A DNA stretch of 11,586 nucleotides from Thermodesulfobacteriota bacterium. Its GTDB lineage: Bacteria > Desulfobacterota_D > UBA1144 > Nemesobacterales > N074bin48. The translations under genes were made by a program, and so were the position numbers. The notes under the pieces are model-generated. The model did not search any database and had not been told where the DNA came from. It was given only the letters and a program-made list of their open reading frames with translations. The DNA lies in NCBI GenBank assembly GCA_041572575.1, contig JBFFSH010000082.1, positions 1-11,586 on the forward strand, written 5' to 3'. Positions 7,331 to 11,586 of this stretch are shown one piece after another (the stretch's first letter is position 1; each line of letters opens with the position of its first letter).

Positions 7331-8035
7331 ATGAAAAAAGTAGTACTCATAACAGGAGCGGGTAAAGGCATTGGAAAGGAGACCGCGCTTACTTTTGCAA
7401 GGGCAGGTTTTATAATAGCGGCCTGCGGAAGGACGGCATCAGACCTGAAAACTCTAAAAAGGCAGATTGAAAAAGCAGGTTCAGCGGCTGTAACGTCTGT
7501 GTGTGATATTAGTAAAGAATCCCAGGTTAAGCGTTTTATAGCAAAAGCCGTAAAGATCACCGGCAGGATTGATGCCGTAGTAAACAATGCGGCCGTAGCC
7601 TCCATTGGTTCCATATACGATACAGACCTCAAAGACTGGCAGAACACTATCGATACAAACCTCACGGGCGCGTTCCTTATAACAAAACATTCACTAGAAC
7701 ATATGGAAAAGGGCGGGCATATTTTCAACATAGGCTCAAACGCATCCAAGATTGGATTTCCCAACTGGAGCGCATATTGCGCCTCAAAGTTCGGGCTGCT
7801 TGGTTTCAGTAATTCAATAAGGGAAGAACTGCGGTCAAAAGGTATTAAGGTATCGGCCATCCTTCCGGGACCGACAAAGACTCCACTCTGGGGGAAGCTT
7901 GGTAAGAAAAAATGGGATAAATCGAAGATGATGGAGCCTGCAGGCGTTGCCGAGATGATCCTGCATGTTTATAATCAACCTGCCGACGTACAGACCGAAG
8001 AAGTCTACATTATTCCATCAAGCGGTGGTTTATAA
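7331..8035 (+). CDS. Short-chain dehydrogenase/reductase (candidate sepiapterin-reductase-like)
   Basis: TGAGKGIG, NNAA, catalytic S...YCASK; Arg after the second strand (CGRT) suggests NADP(H). Starts 3 nt after folE. Substrate inferred from context only. Confidence 0.9.
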   Translation: MKKVVLITGAGKGIGKETALTFARAGFIIAACGRTASDLKTLKRQIEKAGSAAVTSVCDISKESQVKRFIAKAVKITGRIDAVVNNAAVASIGSIYDTDLKDWQNTIDTNLTGAFLITKHSLEHMEKGGHIFNIGSNASKIGFPNWSAYCASKFGLLGFSNSIREELRSKGIKVSAILPGPTKTPLWGKLGKKKWDKSKMMEPAGVAEMILHVYNQPADVQTEEVYIIPSSGGL

Positions 8036-8088
8036 TCTGATCTATTTGTGTTATATATTATCTAATGTATATCTTGATCTTTTAAGAC

Positions 8089-8103
8089 TGGCATAATTTT
8101 TGC
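8089..8103 (+). promoter_or_regulatory. Putative sigma-54 (-24/-12) promoter of hemA-hemC
   Basis: TGGCATAATTTTTGC: GG (8090-8091), exactly 10 nt, GC (8102-8103); matches TGGCAC-N5-TTGC with one mismatch, about 40 nt before the hemA ATG. Confidence 0.6.
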
Positions 8104-8145
8104 CTTATGTATAAGCATATATCAAGCACATACTAGAGCTGCCAA

Positions 8146-9477
8146 ATGCATAACATATTTACATTAGGTATTAGTTATAAGGATACACCTGTTGAGCTTA
8201 GGGAAAAGCTTTCATTTAGCGGTAATGATACAGAGCGTGTACTGTCCGAAATTCTGACAGACACAGTGCTTGAAGAGTGTATCATTATTTCCACATGCAA
8301 CCGCATTGAGTTTTACGCCATTGCCGAGGATATTGAATTATGCTCTGATCAGATAAAGCAGTTTGTGTGCAATTACAACAAAATAAGCTCAGATAAGCTT
8401 AACTCTCATTTCTATCTGTACACGGGTGCACAAGCCGTGAGACATCTGTACAGGGTGTCGTCGAGTCTTGACTCGATGGTCGTAGGAGAGCCTCAGATTC
8501 TGGGGCAGGTTAAAGATGCGTATAAGACTGCTACAAAGGCCGACAGTACGGGTCTTATACTTAATAAACTTTTTCACAGCGCATTTTTTACGGCCAAAAA
8601 AGTACGTTCGGAAACGGGTATTGGCTCTCAGGCGGTATCTATAAGCTACGCCGCTGTGGAGCTTGCAAAGAGGATATTCGATGATTTCTCTGAGAGAACA
8701 GCCGTGCTTATAGGTTCGGGAGAGATGGGAGAACTCGCGGCAAAAAATCTTATAAACGTGGGAATTAACGAGCTTATAATAGCAAGCAGGAATATAAATA
8801 ATGCAAGGGTGCTTGCCCAGAATCTGGGAGGCAAAGCTGTGGGTATGGAAGAGGTTTATTACCACATAAACCATGCCGATATTATCATCACCGCCACAGA
8901 TTCCATCGATTACATAATTAAGCCTCACCACCTTAATGAGGCGCTCGGCGTAAGAAAAAACGAGCCGATATTCCTTATAGACATTGCCGTGCCAAGAGAC
9001 ATTGACCCAAGGATTCATGATTTTGAGAATGTGTACCTTTATGACATAGATGACCTTGCCGGCGTGCTTGAAGAAAACATAGAGAGTAGAAAAAAAAGCG
9101 CTAAAAGAGCAGAAGAGATAATAAACGAAAGGGTTGATCGATTTTCTCACTGGATAGAGCAGCTGAAGGTCTTTCCGGCAATAGTCGAGCTTAAGAACAG
9201 GTTTGAGCTTATAAAGAACCTTGAGACGGATAAGGCGCTCAGGAAGCTTGAGAATTCTCAAGGTGATGAAAAAGAAATAATCGAGAAGATGGCTTCTTCT
9301 CTAATCTCCAAACTTCTACACAGCCCTCTATCAAACCTCAAAAAAGAGTCTTCCGGATATTCGGGTCTGATATATGTAGATGCTATTACAAAACTGTTTG
9401 ATCTCCAAACTAAACTAACACTGGTGGATGATGAGTCTGATGAAGAGCCTTCTAAGGATTGGAACGAGAGGCAGTAA
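8146..9477 (+). CDS. hemA: Glutamyl-tRNA reductase
   Basis: PVELREK, STCNRIE, SLDSMVVGEPQILGQVKDAY, IGSGEMG, DIAVPRDID, YDIDDL. Confidence 0.97.
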   Translation: MHNIFTLGISYKDTPVELREKLSFSGNDTERVLSEILTDTVLEECIIISTCNRIEFYAIAEDIELCSDQIKQFVCNYNKISSDKLNSHFYLYTGAQAVRHLYRVSSSLDSMVVGEPQILGQVKDAYKTATKADSTGLILNKLFHSAFFTAKKVRSETGIGSQAVSISYAAVELAKRIFDDFSERTAVLIGSGEMGELAAKNLINVGINELIIASRNINNARVLAQNLGGKAVGMEEVYYHINHADIIITATDSIDYIIKPHHLNEALGVRKNEPIFLIDIAVPRDIDPRIHDFENVYLYDIDDLAGVLEENIESRKKSAKRAEEIINERVDRFSHWIEQLKVFPAIVELKNRFELIKNLETDKALRKLENSQGDEKEIIEKMASSLISKLLHSPLSNLKKESSGYSGLIYVDAITKLFDLQTKLTLVDDESDEEPSKDWNERQ

Positions 9478-10360
9478 GCTTGCGCTATGGCAGGCAAACT
9501 TCGTAAAGGACTCCCTGCAGACCATTTTCCCAAAGCTTGTTGTTTATCTCAAAATTATAAGAACCTCCGGGGACAGTTTTACCGACAGACCGCTTGCTGA
9601 AATTGGAGGCAAGGGGCTATTTGTAAAAGAGATAGAGGAAGCGCTTTTAGCCGACAAGGTAGATATAGCGGTTCACAGTATGAAGGATGTGCCTTATGAG
9701 CTTCCGCCGGGACTGGAAATCTCTACTTTCTTAAAACGTGAAGACCCAAGGGATGCATTGCTATCTAATGGACATGTGAAATTTGCAGACCTGCCCCCTG
9801 GTGCAACTGTAGGCACTGGAAGCCTCCGCCGGCAGGTGCAGATTCAAAGACTAAGAGACGATCTGGACATTAAACCACTCAGGGGAAATGTGGATACGAG
9901 AATAAGAAAACTTATAGATGGACAGTATGATGCTATAGTGCTTGCTTCAGCGGGGCTAAACAGGCTTGAGCTTGGAAGTGAAATTACAGAGCATTTTTCA
10001 GTGTCTGATCTCATCCCATCACCCGGGCAGGGGATAATTGGCATAGAGAGCAGGATAGATGACAAAGATACACGGGAAATTATCTCGAGGCTAAAAGATG
10101 CTGACGCTACATGTGCCATCGGGGCAGAGAGAAATTTTGTAAAACAAATGGGAGGTGACTGCAGCCTACCGCTTGGGTGTTACTGTGAGATTAGCAATGA
10201 CACTGAAATTGAAATTTCCGGGTTTGTAGCATCAGTTGACGGCAAGGATTTGGTTAAAGATACAGTCTCAGGGGCAACTCATGAAAATATAAAGCTCGCT
10301 GAACAGCTTGCAAAAAAAATAATCTCAAATGGCGGCAAAGAGATCATTGAGAGTTTTTAA
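9440..10360 (+). CDS. hemC: Porphobilinogen deaminase (hydroxymethylbilane synthase)
   Basis: IGTRGSKLALWQA, GGKGLFVKEIE, AVHSMKD, GTGSLRR, RGNVDTR, GGDCSLP. Start chosen at ATG 9440 (alternatives 9428, 9431); overlaps the hemA end. Confidence 0.96.
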   Translation: MKSLLRIGTRGSKLALWQANFVKDSLQTIFPKLVVYLKIIRTSGDSFTDRPLAEIGGKGLFVKEIEEALLADKVDIAVHSMKDVPYELPPGLEISTFLKREDPRDALLSNGHVKFADLPPGATVGTGSLRRQVQIQRLRDDLDIKPLRGNVDTRIRKLIDGQYDAIVLASAGLNRLELGSEITEHFSVSDLIPSPGQGIIGIESRIDDKDTREIISRLKDADATCAIGAERNFVKQMGGDCSLPLGCYCEISNDTEIEISGFVASVDGKDLVKDTVSGATHENIKLAEQLAKKIISNGGKEIIESF

Positions 10361-10362
10361 AC

Positions 10363-10476
10363 TTGATCGTGATAGTTCCTACGATGGGCCAGTGGGGAAT
10401 GCTTTTGGCTGCGATAGTTCTTGGTTTTTTTGCAATACTAAGACTAAGAAAGATAGACGAATCTGAATTTAAATAA
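10363..10476 (+). CDS. Orphan IPTL-CTERM-like sorting peptide (small ORF or gene remnant)
   Basis: Not in ORF track. Reads LIVIVPTMGQWGMLLAAIVLGFFAILRLRKIDESEFK*: VPTM-x-x-WG motif, TM helix, basic cluster. Possible starts TTG 10363, GTG 10369, ATG 10384; in-frame TGA at 10348-10350. Confidence 0.65.
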   Translation: MIVIVPTMGQWGMLLAAIVLGFFAILRLRKIDESEFK

Positions 10477-10509
10477 TCAAACAACTAAAACTTAGGATAT
10501 GTAATCAAG

Positions 10510-10537
10510 GGCCGGGAATAAACCCCCGGCCTTTTTT
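10510..10537 (+). terminator. Rho-independent terminator
   Basis: GGCCGGG (10510-10516) / CCCGGCC (10525-10531) stem followed by TTTTTT. Confidence 0.9.
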
Positions 10538-10623
10538 GTTTGCTCCTACCAAAATATAACGATACTGATTAATTCTATCTATTGATTTTACTTTTTAGCT
10601 ACAACTCTTAATATAATATTATT

Positions 10624-11466
10624 ATGTTCTCTGACATGTTGGCAAGCAGGATTGAGGACGTCGAGTTTTGTATTCTCGATGTCGAGACCACGGGTCTAAA
10701 CCCCATTGCAGGGGATAAGATCTGTGAGATTGCCATCGTTAAATCAAGAGACTCCAAAACTCTAGGCACATACGAAACGCTTGTAAATCCCGGGATAAAA
10801 ATACCCATTTCTGCTACAGGTATACATGGGATTCATGATGAAGACGTATCCGACGCGCCGTATTTTCTGGATATTGCAGAGGACATACAGAGGTTTCTTG
10901 CAGGCTCGGTAATCGTGGCTCATAACGCACGGTTTGACCTAGGGTTTCTGGACGCGGAGCTTAATTTTACTACGGATATTTCAGTGAAAAACCCCATAGT
11001 TGATACTCTGGGGATAGCCAGGAAATTTTACACTTTTCCCACCAATAACCTGGGTGTGATCGCAAAGACACTGGGTATTCCCACTGCAGGCTACCACAGG
11101 GCTATGGCCGATGTGGAGATAACAAAAGACGTGCTGGAGTATTTTATAAAAGACCTCCGCAGGCGTGGTATAAGGCTCAATACACTTAAGGATCTTGTAA
11201 GAGTGCAGGGCGGGGGGATAGAGATTGATAAGCCGCGTGACAGTATACTTCCCAAGGTTATTGAGGATGCGCTCATAAACAAGGCAAAGCTTCAGATAAA
11301 GTATCTCTCTCCTTTTAGTGACTCGGTAAAAGACAGGGTGATTGAGCCTCTGGATGTGCTTGAGAGAAGGACTAATACATATTTGATAGCTTATTGTCAC
11401 TTAAGGAAGCAGAAGTGCAATTTCAGGCTTGACCGGATACTTGAGATAAGCACTGTAAGCTCATAA
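10624..11466 (+). CDS. DEDDh 3'-5' exonuclease (DnaQ-like) fused to a C-terminal WYL domain
   Basis: ExoI LDVETTG, ExoII HNARFD, ExoIII HRAMAD; C-terminal IKY...RVIEP...YLIAYCHLR...FRLDRI is a WYL-domain pattern. Confidence 0.9.
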   Translation: MFSDMLASRIEDVEFCILDVETTGLNPIAGDKICEIAIVKSRDSKTLGTYETLVNPGIKIPISATGIHGIHDEDVSDAPYFLDIAEDIQRFLAGSVIVAHNARFDLGFLDAELNFTTDISVKNPIVDTLGIARKFYTFPTNNLGVIAKTLGIPTAGYHRAMADVEITKDVLEYFIKDLRRRGIRLNTLKDLVRVQGGGIEIDKPRDSILPKVIEDALINKAKLQIKYLSPFSDSVKDRVIEPLDVLERRTNTYLIAYCHLRKQKCNFRLDRILEISTVSS

Positions 11467-11490
11467 ACTGATTTATTCGCCATTTACCTA

Positions 11491-11518
11491 TTGACTTTGT
11501 TGCTAACTCTTTTACTAT
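11491..11518 (+). promoter_or_regulatory. Sigma-70 promoter of the tRNA
   Basis: TTGACT (11491-11496), 16-nt spacer, TACTAT (11513-11518), 18 nt before the tRNA. Confidence 0.7.
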
Positions 11519-11536
11519 TACCAGTTCTAAATCGGA

Positions 11537-11586
11537 CGCGGGGTGGAGCAGTATGGCAGCTCGTCGGGCTCATAACCCGAAGGTCG
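11537..11586 (+). tRNA. Initiator tRNA-Met(CAT), truncated by window end
   Basis: CGCGGGGTGGAGCAG...AGCTCGTCGGGCTCATAACCCGAAGGTCG; 5' C1 and GGG/CCC anticodon stem typical of tRNA-fMet. Confidence 0.95.

Noticed and set aside
7189..7860. 223-aa antisense ORF
   Set aside because: Opposite folE and the SDR; long antisense frames are common over SDR genes.
8389..9261. 290-aa antisense ORF
   Set aside because: Entirely opposite the well-conserved hemA with no recognisable motif; shadow ORF.
10356..10362. T TTA AAC slippery heptamer at the hemC stop
   Set aside because: It is out of frame with hemC, so it cannot act as a canonical tandem -1 site for hemC.
404..11400. Other short ORF-track entries overlapping called genes (e.g. 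1718..2083, 3773..3973, 4057..4368, 10981..11400)
   Set aside because: They overlap stronger genes and show no family motifs.
10624..11466. Naming the exonuclease dnaQ
   Set aside because: The C-terminus is WYL-like, not the Pol III alpha-binding tail.

Overview
Bacterial window in two parts. The left part (1-~5830) is accessory DNA. It holds the 3' end of an IS1595-family element, a small zinc-ribbon membrane protein missed by the ORF track, a CHASE2 adenylate cyclase, an intact IS481-family element, a GC-rich transglutaminase-like gene, an AT-rich orphan secreted protein and several short palindromic repeats. Four 23-bp palindromes with 8-7-8 geometry separate the accessory genes like cassette boundaries, and the IS481 sits in the core of one of them. 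The right part is housekeeping-like. It has a pterin operon (two animal-type PTPS genes, folE, an SDR) resembling a tetrahydrobiopterin pathway, then hemA-hemC behind a sigma-54-type motif. After these come an orphan IPTL-CTERM sorting peptide, a DEDDh exonuclease-WYL fusion and the 5' part of an initiator tRNA-Met. All calls rest on motif recognition by eye; no searches were run.
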